Shown here one piece after another: positions 45,418 to 55,135 of a DNA stretch of 64,000 nt. Each line of letters begins with the position of its first letter. Within the stretch, counting starts at the first letter, position 1. The translations under genes and the position numbers were made by a program. The DNA lies in the IMG/VR virus record IMGVR_UViG_3300032397_000006, positions 32,001 to 96,000 of that record; one strand, written 5' to 3'. The notes under the pieces were generated by a model, which worked only from the letters and a program-made list of their open reading frames with translations, did not search any database and was not told the origin of the DNA. The DNA comes from a virus.

Positions 45418-47030
45418 GACTGCTCACTTTCCTGCAAGAACAGCGTAGCAAGCAACTCGTAAAGCTTCGGTTGCTCGCGCAGTAATGCGCTGAATCCTAA
45501 ATAGGTGCCTTGCCACTGCTGCACCTCGCCTGTATCCGGCATCGTCAGATAACACCAGGATCCGCGCTGCTCGATCCAGCGGTGTTTCTCCCCGACGCCA
45601 TTTACCTTGCCCCATTCAAACAGCGTCCACGCGTTGTCGAAGCCACTACCGAAGATCAGCCCGAGCTCGATCGGAGGCTTCGGGCTGCCAAGGCGCGTCT
45701 TTCGCATCTTGACGTTGACGATCTGGCCTACGTCCGTTGTGCCCGACTTGAGATAATTCCCTTTTGTCATCCACAGGCGTAGTGACGTAAAATAGCGAAC
45801 GCCTGATCCTCCGGAAGTAGCGAGGCCTCCCATACCTCCTATTTTCTCGTAGAATTGATTCGCGAACACGAGGCAGCCGCGGAGCTCGTTAAGTCGCATA
45901 CACAAGCGCCTGAAATTCTGCTTAATCATGATCGCTTGCGTTGCGACGTGCCGATCATCCGCTGCACCTTCGAGCTCTGCCTTCGTGGGAGTGCCGCCGA
46001 GCGAATCCCAAAACAACATGAAGGGTCGCGCCCGTGCTTCACCCTCGAGCATGATCGCTTCCTGCACCGCAAGCATACTGTCAGCCGCCTCGAAACCCTG
46101 TTCCAGTGTGTCGATCGAAGCGATAATCAATTCGTCGAGATTTACACCGAGGCGCCTCGTGTATTCGCGGTCGCGCGCTTTCTCGCTATCGATCAACGCC
46201 ACGATCGCGCCAGACTGCTGCGCCATAGCAATGGACTGATCAATAAGGGTCGAATTGTGAGTAACGATAAAGTCTTCGATTACGAACAAGCCGTCAGCCG
46301 CTTCGACACGAATACACTGACACTCGGCCTCCCCTGCAGGTTCAATCGAAGTTAGTACACGGGAAGGAAAAAGAGAATCTGTCCACTTCAGCTCGTTTGT
46401 CGAAGATGCCGCGGACTGCATAATAGGAATCGAAACCTTAGTGTGCTGCAATTCACGTAGCGGTCTCGTGCTAACGGTACCGTCGTAATAATTACGCACT
46501 GTCCACAGATGATCGGCGGTGCTGTGTGTCTGCGCCCCGTCTGAAAACGTAAGCCTGTAAATAGGCTGCAGCCCTTGCGGATACACGCCTAGCACCTTCG
46601 TCGGGAGCCCATTCTGCCCCAGCACAGAACTGCCCTCTTTAACATCCCGCATGGGAACAAAACCAGCCGGCGTGAGCACAGGCGTATCCAGGCTGAGCGC
46701 TTTGCCGATATTCTCCCACGCGGCGAGCTCTACAATTCGACCTACCGGGTACCCTCCGCCGATGAATTTGTCGAGCTCTAGTAATCCGGTACTTACGCGC
46801 TCTTTTACGGGCTGCAAACCCGCGTCCTCGTCGGCCGCGAGTACGAATGCGATATCGCTGTCAGCAGACCTCGATCTACTTTTCAGAGACATTAGCCGCG
46901 CTAAATAAGAGTCTACCGCGTAGCTTCCCCCTACTACCTTCGACGCTTTCTTTCTGCGCTTAGGTGCAGGATCGGCTAACTCAGCCTCGGCTGCCACAGC
47001 GGCAGCTTTCGGCTTCTTTCGTCCCTTCAC
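45414..47030 (-). CDS. recA: RecA/UvsX recombinase with intein
   Basis: STG..ELD..IGGG.PVGRIVE, split GK/ST, IDSE, WDSLG, FANQ, GGSGVRYF.S.R. Confidence 0.92.
   Translation of the reverse strand: MKGRKKPKAAAVAAEAELADPAPKRRKKASKVVGGSYAVDSYLARLMSLKSRSRSADSDIAFVLAADEDAGLQPVKERVSTGLLELDKFIGGGYPVGRIVELAAWENIGKALSLDTPVLTPAGFVPMRDVKEGSSVLGQNGLPTKVLGVYPQGLQPIYRLTFSDGAQTHSTADHLWTVRNYYDGTVSTRPLRELQHTKVSIPIMQSAASSTNELKWTDSLFPSRVLTSIEPAGEAECQCIRVEAADGLFVIEDFIVTHNSTLIDQSIAMAQQSGAIVALIDSEKARDREYTRRLGVNLDELIIASIDTLEQGFEAADSMLAVQEAIMLEGEARARPFMLFWDSLGGTPTKAELEGAADDRHVATQAIMIKQNFRRLCMRLNELRGCLVFANQFYEKIGGMGGLATSGGSGVRYFTSLRLWMTKGNYLKSGTTDVGQIVNVKMRKTRLGSPKPPIELGLIFGSGFDNAWTLFEWGKVNGVGEKHRWIEQRGSWCYLTMPDTGEVQQWQGTYLGFSALLREQPKLYELLATLFLQESEQS
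46254..46700 (-). mobile_element. 149-aa class 3 mini-intein in the RecA Walker A motif
   Basis: Starts ALSLDTPVLTP, block B TADHLW, block F CQCIRV, ends VTHN followed by Ser; no endonuclease domain. Confidence 0.9.
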
Positions 47031-47039
47031 GTTAACACC

Positions 47040-48584
47040 TCAGAACGGAATGGAATCTCTACCCACAAGCTGCTCAAGCTGATCAGGTGTCATCGGGCCG
47101 TTAGGCTGAGGCACAGCTCCTAGGCCAGGAGGTAAGCCCGGGGCTACTTGCTGCGGAAATGCCGGAGCTCCGGGCGGCCCTACAGGGGGCAAATTGGGAG
47201 CGGTACGCGGCGGCTGCCACGCCTGAGGTGGTTGCTGCGGTGGCGCCTGCGGCGGCTGCCACGCCTGAGGTGGTTGCTGCGGTGGCGCCTGCGGCGGCTG
47301 CCACGCCTGAGGTGGTTGCTGCGGTGGCGCCTGCGGCGGCTGCCCGTAGGAGGGAGGCTGCCCGTGCTGCGCGGGCTGCGGTGTGTACGCGGCAGCGTGC
47401 GGGGCAACCTGTCCGTAAGCTACAGGCGGAGGGGGCGCGGCCTGACCGTAAGGCGCCGCCGCACCCTGCATCGGTCGCGTCTGCTGGTAGCGCGGATTGT
47501 ACTCAGTCCCCGGGCCCGGGTTGTTTTGCATCCAGTCGCCAGCCCCGCGGGACTGCACAAGCACCGCGCGCAGAACGTCCGCTAGCGCGTGCATTTCCTC
47601 CGCAGGCTTGAAATGGATCAACTGATCATAGAGCGGGAACAGGTGGTAAAGCGCACTCTCGTAAGTGCTGCCGCGAAGCGGCAAAACATCCTCAATATAA
47701 GCTGCGTACTCGACCTCGAGGTCGCCCGCTCCCATTTTCGTACGCACTAGCTTGACGACGTAACCGCGATCCACGTGCGTAGGATCGACGTTATGCGCAC
47801 GTGGATCGTCCATCAGCTGAGCGACCTTACGGTACGCGGTATTGTTCATGCTGATCACGCCAGGCTGAATTTTCAGAACGGGCTGTCCGTTGGCGTCGTA
47901 TTGCGGGCGTCCGTCCGGCTGCAGAACAGGCACGTAATGTCGAGCAGGATTCCCTAGATCGAGCACGAGGGCGTAGATCTTTTTCGTAGCACCGCAGACG
48001 CTACGGTAGCGCTTCAAGGCCTCGCCATCCTCGCCGAGCGATTTACGAATCGCGCAAATCGGACAATCCCCGGGACCGCCCACCGAATCGTAGCAGTCTA
48101 CGAACAGCATCTGTCTTTTCGGATTCTGCGCTTGCAGTGCAGGGACGTGCTTAAGCATGATCTTGTGCTTCGCGCCGAGCACGAAGTGATCCCGTTTATC
48201 GAGGACGGGCAGAAAACGCAGATAAAGCACGTTCTGCGATCCGACATGGCGATCGAGCTTCCCCATGTCTACCCAGATCACATCTTCTCTGCTGTCCGAC
48301 TGAAAGAAATTGTGCCTCATTTTCGGAGGCTCCTCGAAAGCGGGTAACGCTTTCGGCGGCTCTTGTCGCGGCTGCTGCGCGGGGGCATAGGCAGGCGCGG
48401 GAGGCTGAGCTCCGTAAGCGGGAGGCTGGTACGACGCAGGTGCAGGCGGTGCGCCGTACGGGGCCTGATACGGCGCGGGCGCGGGAGGGCGAGCCAATTC
48501 TTGAGCCTGCGCCTCAGAGATCCATTGATTCGTCTGTGTATCGAACAGGTAGCCCGGGTATTGTGGGTGTTGCTGAAATCTCAC
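47040..48584 (-). CDS. gp32-like single-stranded DNA-binding protein with Pro/Gln-rich extensions
   Basis: LRFLP, H..C....CPIC, DP....GY.V.L..TK....VEY; C-terminal DSIPF. Confidence 0.75.
   Translation of the reverse strand: MRFQQHPQYPGYLFDTQTNQWISEAQAQELARPPAPAPYQAPYGAPPAPASYQPPAYGAQPPAPAYAPAQQPRQEPPKALPAFEEPPKMRHNFFQSDSREDVIWVDMGKLDRHVGSQNVLYLRFLPVLDKRDHFVLGAKHKIMLKHVPALQAQNPKRQMLFVDCYDSVGGPGDCPICAIRKSLGEDGEALKRYRSVCGATKKIYALVLDLGNPARHYVPVLQPDGRPQYDANGQPVLKIQPGVISMNNTAYRKVAQLMDDPRAHNVDPTHVDRGYVVKLVRTKMGAGDLEVEYAAYIEDVLPLRGSTYESALYHLFPLYDQLIHFKPAEEMHALADVLRAVLVQSRGAGDWMQNNPGPGTEYNPRYQQTRPMQGAAAPYGQAAPPPPVAYGQVAPHAAAYTPQPAQHGQPPSYGQPPQAPPQQPPQAWQPPQAPPQQPPQAWQPPQAPPQQPPQAWQPPRTAPNLPPVGPPGAPAFPQQVAPGLPPGLGAVPQPNGPMTPDQLEQLVGRDSIPF
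47207..47344. repeat. perfect 42-bp tandem repeat (about 3.3 copies) encoding QPPQAPPQQPPQAW
   Basis: gcggcggctgccacgcctgaggtggttgctgcggtggcgcct three times plus a partial copy. Confidence 0.95.
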
Positions 48585-48589
48585 GTTCG

Positions 48590-49174
48590 TTATCCCTTCG
48601 GCATGTACGGTTTAGGGGGCTGCGAAACCACGGGAGGCGCACCGCGTGGCATCTGGAATGTTTCCGGTACGCGATCTTCGACCGCGAAGTTAGCCTGCGA
48701 ACGCGCGAGCGCTTGGTACTGATCGCGGATCACGTTGGCCTTAATGGCGAACGCCTTTTGTACGTCCTCCATCACGCCAGCGATAGCACGCAACCGAGCA
48801 CCTTCCGTAGACATCGCCTGATAATCAGGCAGTCCGCGATAATGATCCTCGACCTCGGCGACTGTGAATTTCGTGCCCTTACTGCCCGCACGCAATTGCG
48901 CGCTCTGTCCACTTTTCCATTTCGCGTAGGCGAAGTCTGCGCGCTCGGCAGCGAGCTCAGCGCCGCGGCGAGCTCGTGAAAACGTCGCATACTGAGCTGC
49001 AACGAGCTGCGCCTCCTGATGCAAGTGCGGCGTATCCACGACAAGCGACGCTAATACGTCGTCGCGATCAAGCTGAAAAGGTTCGCCTGTAATCGGGTCA
49101 GGCAACGTGACTTGAATCGGCATCGTTGCGCGCAAGACGCGCACGAGCTCTGCCGCCGAGTAGTAAGGCCCCAT
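48590..49174 (-). CDS. UvsY-like recombination mediator
   Basis: Helical; K.TVAEVE...PDY; lies between the polymerase and SSB. Confidence 0.55.
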   Translation of the reverse strand: MGPYYSAAELVRVLRATMPIQVTLPDPITGEPFQLDRDDVLASLVVDTPHLHQEAQLVAAQYATFSRARRGAELAAERADFAYAKWKSGQSAQLRAGSKGTKFTVAEVEDHYRGLPDYQAMSTEGARLRAIAGVMEDVQKAFAIKANVIRDQYQALARSQANFAVEDRVPETFQMPRGAPPVVSQPPKPYMPKG

Positions 49175-49218
49175 CTCTTTATCGCTCCCCTCGAAAACGA
49201 GAGAGCGACACTAGCGAC

Positions 49219-51402
49219 TCACTCACCCAATTGCAAGCCTCCATCAGGCGTGATTTTCAATTCGCGCAAATGCTCCCAATCTACGGTCGCGAGTTTGCAA
49301 GCTACGCGGATCGGAACACCGCGATCCGAAAACATAGGCCAATCCTCCATCGTCCGCTTAATGTCGACCGCGAGGCTTGCCCAGCCGGCTGTGGCACGCA
49401 GATCGAACACAAGCTCGTCGTGAATAGACTGCACCATTTTCGACTCCGGCGACCGCGCACGCAGCAACGCATCGCAGCGCAGCATGCACTCTTTCAGCAG
49501 ATCAGCGGCTGTGCCTGAGATAATCGACGACATCATCCTGCGCTCGGCTCGCTCACGCTTCCACTGTTCAAATGCTCCGATTTCTGGCAAACGGCGCGGA
49601 CGTCCGAACGGATTCACGAACATATTGCCGTGTGCACGCATGTCACGCGCGAATTCCAAACGAAAGCGTGGGACGCCTGCGTAGACAATGAAGTAGCGGC
49701 GCAAGATCTGCCGTGCAAGCACGCGCGTGCCCTCAGGATCAGCGTAATAACCGCTAATTCTTTTCGCGAGCCCCACCTCAGTCATGCCGTAGTTGTTTCC
49801 GAAATTGACCTGTTTCGCGATCTCCCGATCATCGTTCGTCACCTCGGCCGCGGTAATCGCGTGCACGTCGAGATCATTCGCGTAGCACTCGAGTAGCCGC
49901 GGATCGCGTGAAAACCAAGCGAGCACCCTCAGTTCGATCTGCGAGAAATCGAATAGCAGCCGCACAAATCCCTTCGGCACCGTAAAATAGCGACGAACCG
50001 AGATCGTGTCCGCGGGACCGATCAAAAGCTTTTCAGCCTCGTCGAGGTCCTTCGCCTGCTTACCTAGCTTTTCGGCGACACAAGCTGCGCAAGAACAACG
50101 GCGCAAGTGCACCGGCTTTTTCGCGCAGTTCTGAATGTTCGGATCACCTGAGGAAAGGCGGCCTGTTACAGGTACGCCTCCCTCGTCGCGGCGCTCGACC
50201 TGATTATAACTAGGGTGGATGCGCTCGGTCGTTTCAGACCAGTGACGCAAGAACGCATCGGTGTACGTCGACACGAGCTTTTCGACACGGGCCGCTCGAT
50301 CGACTGCCTTAATCAGTGGTGCAAATTCCGGGTACCTGTGCGCGAGCAATTGCCGGGCTTCCCGATCTGTACTGTCTGCGCCTGTTTTGGTTTGCTTTGG
50401 CGGCTCAAGCCCGAAGCGCTGGTAAAATAGCTCTTTTAGGAACTCAGGCGACAGCTCGATCGTCTCGATCGGAGCCTGCGGCGGGACCGTTTCATCGAGC
50501 ATGATATTAGCGAGACGTGTGGACTCGCCTACCCAATACGCTAAATCCTCGACACACGCGGCGTGCGCTCGCAAGATCTCCTGTCGGTCTGCGGGTAATC
50601 CCGTCCACTCCATTTCATGCAGTATGTGCATGACGCCGTGCTCGCGTTCGACGACGGCGGGATATTCATACTCGACCTTTGCGTATTTGTCTGTGTACAG
50701 GTGCAGCGTGTAAAACACGTCCTTTGCGCCGTAGAAACCGCACAATGTAATGGGGGTGCGCGCGTAACCAAAACGCTCGAGATAGGTAGGCTCGTCGGGC
50801 TTATTTTTCGAGCGCTTCTTGTAGGAGAACTTCAAAATGCGCGCGTCTTTTTTCATCCACGCGTCGAGCTGCTTTTCCTCAGCCTCAGCATCTACGCAGC
50901 TGTATTTCGAAGCTAGTCGTTTCAGTCCGAAGCCTGTCTCATTCTCATTGTCGGCCGTCGCGAGAATCACAGTGTCTCGGATTTTCCGGCGTATGAAAAT
51001 CCCGTCTGCCCGCGCCATAGCGAGATCGAATTTCGCATGATGCAGCACTGCCCTGTCCGTAGGCGAAATGCCGTCAAGCACTTCCTGCACCACAGGCACG
51101 ACCACTTCGATCGGCAATTGCGGCAAACTCTCGTCATTCGTGTGCCGCACTGGAATGTAATAAGCGGTGATCACGTCCGGAGCGGTTAGCGCGGCCAAGC
51201 AATAGCCTATCGCTCGAGCTCCCAACGAGACCTTAAGCCCGCTTGTCTCCGTATCGAACGCAACCAGCGGCGCGTGCTTCAAGCGACGAACGCCCTCGAG
51301 CTGCTCTGCCGTCGTGACGATCGTATACGAGAAAGTCAACAGCTTGCCGGTAACGGTCGGAATTACACAAGCGCCCTCAGTCGGTAGTTTCGCTGCCTCC
51401 AC
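49219..51402 (-). CDS. family A DNA polymerase with 3'-5' exonuclease
   Basis: FDTETSG, HAKFD, YGAKD, TGRLSS.DPNIQN, DFSQIELR, AKQVNFG..YG, IHDEL. Confidence 0.95.
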   Translation of the reverse strand: MEAAKLPTEGACVIPTVTGKLLTFSYTIVTTAEQLEGVRRLKHAPLVAFDTETSGLKVSLGARAIGYCLAALTAPDVITAYYIPVRHTNDESLPQLPIEVVVPVVQEVLDGISPTDRAVLHHAKFDLAMARADGIFIRRKIRDTVILATADNENETGFGLKRLASKYSCVDAEAEEKQLDAWMKKDARILKFSYKKRSKNKPDEPTYLERFGYARTPITLCGFYGAKDVFYTLHLYTDKYAKVEYEYPAVVEREHGVMHILHEMEWTGLPADRQEILRAHAACVEDLAYWVGESTRLANIMLDETVPPQAPIETIELSPEFLKELFYQRFGLEPPKQTKTGADSTDREARQLLAHRYPEFAPLIKAVDRAARVEKLVSTYTDAFLRHWSETTERIHPSYNQVERRDEGGVPVTGRLSSGDPNIQNCAKKPVHLRRCSCAACVAEKLGKQAKDLDEAEKLLIGPADTISVRRYFTVPKGFVRLLFDFSQIELRVLAWFSRDPRLLECYANDLDVHAITAAEVTNDDREIAKQVNFGNNYGMTEVGLAKRISGYYADPEGTRVLARQILRRYFIVYAGVPRFRLEFARDMRAHGNMFVNPFGRPRRLPEIGAFEQWKRERAERRMMSSIISGTAADLLKECMLRCDALLRARSPESKMVQSIHDELVFDLRATAGWASLAVDIKRTMEDWPMFSDRGVPIRVACKLATVDWEHLRELKITPDGGLQLGE

Positions 51403-52072
51403 GTAAGATCACCTCTCCTAGTTCGTTTCGTACCTCCGTTCGCTTGTGCGAAAGGTGGAAAAACTCATTACCAGACACGCTGCGTTTTTCTAGCGCAATC
51501 GCTGCAGTGCTCAGCGAGGGATATTTCGTACCTTCAACCTCGAAACCGTCCTCGCGTAGTACCACAATACTTTCGCTGCCATTCAATTTGCGGCGCACAA
51601 GCTGCATTCCGATACGCAGCGGAATCGACTGGCCTATGCGGACGCCGCGATCTTTATAGCCGTGGGGGCCCTGCAGCTGGGCGAGCATATACTCAGGCGC
51701 GATCGTGCCAGCCTGCGCTTTCCACTCGCGGCGCACTCGCTTTTTCGCCTTCGGCTCAATAGGCGTCGTGTGCCGCAACGCGAGCGGGATCGGAGCATCG
51801 CCCAGAGCATGCCTGCGCAGCATTCGATTAATCCCCGTGCTGTAATTGATCAGGCCTCGCGAAAGCGCGAGCACTTCCTGATCGACCTCTAGCCCGTGAG
51901 AAGGGCCTAGGCCCTTTTCGATCGAAGCGGGTAAACACGAGAACTTATCGCGGCAATTAGGACACGCGGTGCTCCGTGCAGAATAGCCCTCAGGCGCTTC
52001 GCCTAACGCGTGGCATTCTGGAAGCCATTGCGGATCTACCGCAGGCACTCCTGGTAATAATCCCATCGTCAC
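51377..52072 (-). CDS. Cys-rich N-terminus plus DUF2924/RAMA-like domain protein
   Basis: C...CPNC....C; DGFEVEG..Y.SLS.AA......SGNEFF. Confidence 0.6.
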   Translation of the reverse strand: MTMGLLPGVPAVDPQWLPECHALGEAPEGYSARSTACPNCRDKFSCLPASIEKGLGPSHGLEVDQEVLALSRGLINYSTGINRMLRRHALGDAPIPLALRHTTPIEPKAKKRVRREWKAQAGTIAPEYMLAQLQGPHGYKDRGVRIGQSIPLRIGMQLVRRKLNGSESIVVLREDGFEVEGTKYPSLSTAAIALEKRSVSGNEFFHLSHKRTEVRNELGEVILRGGSETTD

Positions 52073-52133
52073 CCCTTGATCGAACGGTTATCACTCCGAG
52101 CTATAGGGCAACGCGCGCGATTGCGCAAGAGAT

Positions 52134-53165
52134 CTACAGACCGACTCCAAGCAAGCGCGCGCGAGCAGCGTCGTAGCGTACAGCGCGCTCGATCACGTAG
52201 TTGTTCTGTTCGAACGTCAAAGCGCCTGGATCGTAGCCTTCCGGAGGCGTCGCGATGAATGTTGGCGCATACGTGCTCAGCTCCCCCGCAAGCTTCATTG
52301 CTGCTTTTGCTTCGGCTTCGCCGCGATCTAGATAGACCGTATAGCGAGCTGCGCGCATGCGTCTCAGCAAATTGATCTTGCCGTCGCTCGCCGATTTGCC
52401 GAGCAGCGCTACCGCGTGCGGCCCCACCTGCATAGCGTCGAACGGGCCCTCATTAATCACGACGTGTTGCGACTGGCAGGCGCGATCGTAATTAAACAGC
52501 ACGTCGGCAGCCGTCGCATTCTCGCCGACACTGACCGGATTCAGCGTCTTTCGAAAGTGATTTTCCTTAATCCATTCTTTCCGCTGCGCCGGATACAGCT
52601 GGGCAGGCGGATCCCATGTCGCGCGCGCCTGCCAATACACGAGGCGCCCGTCCTGATAACACGGAAAAACGAGGTACTTTTCCAGCCTCCCGAACCGCCC
52701 GATTCCCACGCGATACGAGAGCGCAGTAGCGGCAGACACGCCGCGCTTGGCAAGGTACCGCCACGCGAAGCGGTGCGCGTCCACGTCCGCGAGCACGTCT
52801 ACGCCAGTAGGCCAGGGCATCGCAGGCAGATCGCCGATCGAGCGCACCGGACGTGCGACGACAAGCGGCGTGAGCTCTAGCGACGCGTCCCCGCCCACGT
52901 AGAGTTTCTCGACGTAGCGCATCGCCTCGAGCAGATCGAGTTTCTCTAGCGCCTGCACGAGATCGAGCGTCGATCCAGTGCGACGGCAGCCCCAACAGAT
53001 CCAGAGCTGTTTCGTCGGATGATTCCAGCGCAAACGATCCGACGAGCAGTAAGGACACGGCAGTAGGTACTCACTCGACGACGGCGACGGACTCTCTTTA
53101 TAGCCGCCGTGCCGCGCAACAAAAGCCCGCGCGTCAAAGGCGCGCAGTGCTCGATCGATATTCAC
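52134..53165 (-). CDS. DnaG-type DNA primase
   Basis: CPYC..CWGC zinc finger; YL..RG; TOPRIM EGPFDA, ALLGK, YLD. Confidence 0.9.
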   Translation of the reverse strand: MNIDRALRAFDARAFVARHGGYKESPSPSSSEYLLPCPYCSSDRLRWNHPTKQLWICWGCRRTGSTLDLVQALEKLDLLEAMRYVEKLYVGGDASLELTPLVVARPVRSIGDLPAMPWPTGVDVLADVDAHRFAWRYLAKRGVSAATALSYRVGIGRFGRLEKYLVFPCYQDGRLVYWQARATWDPPAQLYPAQRKEWIKENHFRKTLNPVSVGENATAADVLFNYDRACQSQHVVINEGPFDAMQVGPHAVALLGKSASDGKINLLRRMRAARYTVYLDRGEAEAKAAMKLAGELSTYAPTFIATPPEGYDPGALTFEQNNYVIERAVRYDAARARLLGVGL

Positions 53166-54493
53166 GACTCCGCCCGCGGCGCCATTTCTTCGGCCCAGTC
53201 CAGCATGCGCATGGTTGATAGATCATTGCGACACCCGTAAAGTTTATTGACGGCTGCGTCGCGGTGATTTTCCCAAAATACCCGCATTTCCCCTCGTTCC
53301 CATTCTGAATCTGTTGCGTTGATCGATCCGTAAGAATCCACGATCCGAACTTTCGCAAATGCGTCTGCGACGCTTGCTGATGTCAGCACGTGCTCTTTCA
53401 GATTATCACCAGGCCGCCCGCGCTGTGCTTGCCAGGCTGTCCATCCTTGAATTTCCTCCTCGTTCACGAAGCGCTTCAAATCTCGGCTCGCTTCGACTTG
53501 GTGCTGTGTCTCCCCCTCGACACGGGTATCTCTACTTCGCAGCAAATCGACATAATCCACGATCAACCTACGAGGCTTGAATCCGCGGGCCTTCAATTCG
53601 CGATATTCAGCGAGCACGTGATCCATCGTCACGCGCCAGTCATTCAAGGTCCGGATCACGAGCAGCGATCGCAGTCTCATGAATTCGGCCACCATGTCAT
53701 TGTACGTGTCTGGCCTTATTTCCCCTAACTTGACCAAGTTGTATTGCTCGCGTGAAAACCACGAATCATATTTCGCCGCGATCTGCTTACCGTGTCCCTC
53801 GAGCTGTATGTGCAGCGTAGGCTGTCGCTCAAGTCGGCACGAGCGCCCGCCCTGATTCACGAGAAACGTCGTCTTTCCGCGCTTCGCGTACGCCAGCACA
53901 GCCCAGAGCTCGCCCTCTTGCACGCCGCCATTTGTCGCGCGGTCAAGCTGCTCTATTCCCGTCGACCACGGCATTCTCGTTAGATCGTTGCGCTCCTGAA
54001 AACGAGCAAGCTGCCGCTCGGCTAGCTCCTCGAAATACCATTGTCGCTTAGGCCGCTCGAATGTGATGTCGCGGATCTTATCAAGAGCCGTCGACATCAC
54101 GTCGTAACTCTGCATGTACTGCCCTCGCGTAAAGAGCTCAGCACTCGAGCGGTGCGCCTGCGCAAACAGATTCACGCGCGCGAATTCCGTTAGCCGTTCT
54201 TTCACGTAGTCGGCCTCAGGAACACCGCCCGGGTACAGGAGCCATTCGACCTCGACCTCGTAAAGCACCCGCTTTTCCGCGGCCAAGCGACGTAGCTCCT
54301 CACGCAGTACCATGCCTGGAGGCGCGGCGAGGTGCGCCTTCCAATAGCCAGCGAAGCACTTAAAACTCCAACCTAGCGCCTCGACTGAGAAGAAACTCTC
54401 ATCTATGTAGCGCAAAGTCTGTTGCGCGAAGATCTCATCGGACAGCATGAGTCGCAGCACTGAGCGCTGAAATCCTACTCCAAAGTCGTGCAC
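53162..54493 (-). CDS. DnaB-like replicative helicase
   Basis: STG...LD..T.GG...GEL, GKTT, LE, IVDYVDL, TAWQ..R. Confidence 0.9.
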   Translation of the reverse strand: MHDFGVGFQRSVLRLMLSDEIFAQQTLRYIDESFFSVEALGWSFKCFAGYWKAHLAAPPGMVLREELRRLAAEKRVLYEVEVEWLLYPGGVPEADYVKERLTEFARVNLFAQAHRSSAELFTRGQYMQSYDVMSTALDKIRDITFERPKRQWYFEELAERQLARFQERNDLTRMPWSTGIEQLDRATNGGVQEGELWAVLAYAKRGKTTFLVNQGGRSCRLERQPTLHIQLEGHGKQIAAKYDSWFSREQYNLVKLGEIRPDTYNDMVAEFMRLRSLLVIRTLNDWRVTMDHVLAEYRELKARGFKPRRLIVDYVDLLRSRDTRVEGETQHQVEASRDLKRFVNEEEIQGWTAWQAQRGRPGDNLKEHVLTSASVADAFAKVRIVDSYGSINATDSEWERGEMRVFWENHRDAAVNKLYGCRNDLSTMRMLDWAEEMAPRAES

Positions 54494-54502
54494 GGACAGA
54501 CC

Positions 54503-55132
54503 TTACTTTTTGACCACGGCCAGCACCTCAGCGGGCAGCCTCGAAAAAAGCCCAACACGCAGCGCGCCTACGTCGAATCCATGCCGACGATTTGTGCCGA
54601 GCAGGCACCCGTATTTATTGGGGCAGGCGGGACATAAGCGCGAGCGCGGATCATATCCTCCGGTGGTCGGATCGAGCATGCACAACGAATAGCGGTGAGA
54701 ACCTGCGTAATCTGCGCGGGCGGCTTCCTGTGCTTTCGTTGGCTTTGCGCGAAGCCTCGTAACATCGCGCTCTAGCTTAGATCGTACGACACGGACCTGT
54801 TTACGAAACGTCTCCTGCTCGAGAGCACGACCCTCGTATTTCTCGCGCCAAGCAGGTAACAACTTTTTCGCGCGCATTCCCGCGAGTCCTGGTGCGGCGC
54901 CTGAGCGAGCGTGCGCAAATATCTCGAAAACATAGCGCATAAACAAACGAGGATCTACGTGCTCCGCCTCCGCCCACGCTAAATAGCGAGCGCCGTATTC
55001 TAATGCCCGTTTTTTTGCACGTGCAGGCCGTGCTATTCGAGCGTACTCAAGCCTGAAATCGTAATAATCCGTGACAATAGCCCACGCCGCGGGCTCTACC
55101 ACTTGCGCTGTGTCCCCCATCATCTCCCCCAC
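54503..55132 (-). CDS. hypothetical replication protein (possible helicase loader)
   Basis: Lies between the two helicases; C-terminal C..CPAC...C. Confidence 0.5.
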   Translation of the reverse strand: MGEMMGDTAQVVEPAAWAIVTDYYDFRLEYARIARPARAKKRALEYGARYLAWAEAEHVDPRLFMRYVFEIFAHARSGAAPGLAGMRAKKLLPAWREKYEGRALEQETFRKQVRVVRSKLERDVTRLRAKPTKAQEAARADYAGSHRYSLCMLDPTTGGYDPRSRLCPACPNKYGCLLGTNRRHGFDVGALRVGLFSRLPAEVLAVVKK

Positions 55133-55135
55133 TAA

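Noticed and set aside
47207-47344. 42-bp repeats as a CRISPR array
   Set aside because: Head-to-tail with no spacers, and in frame within the SSB gene.
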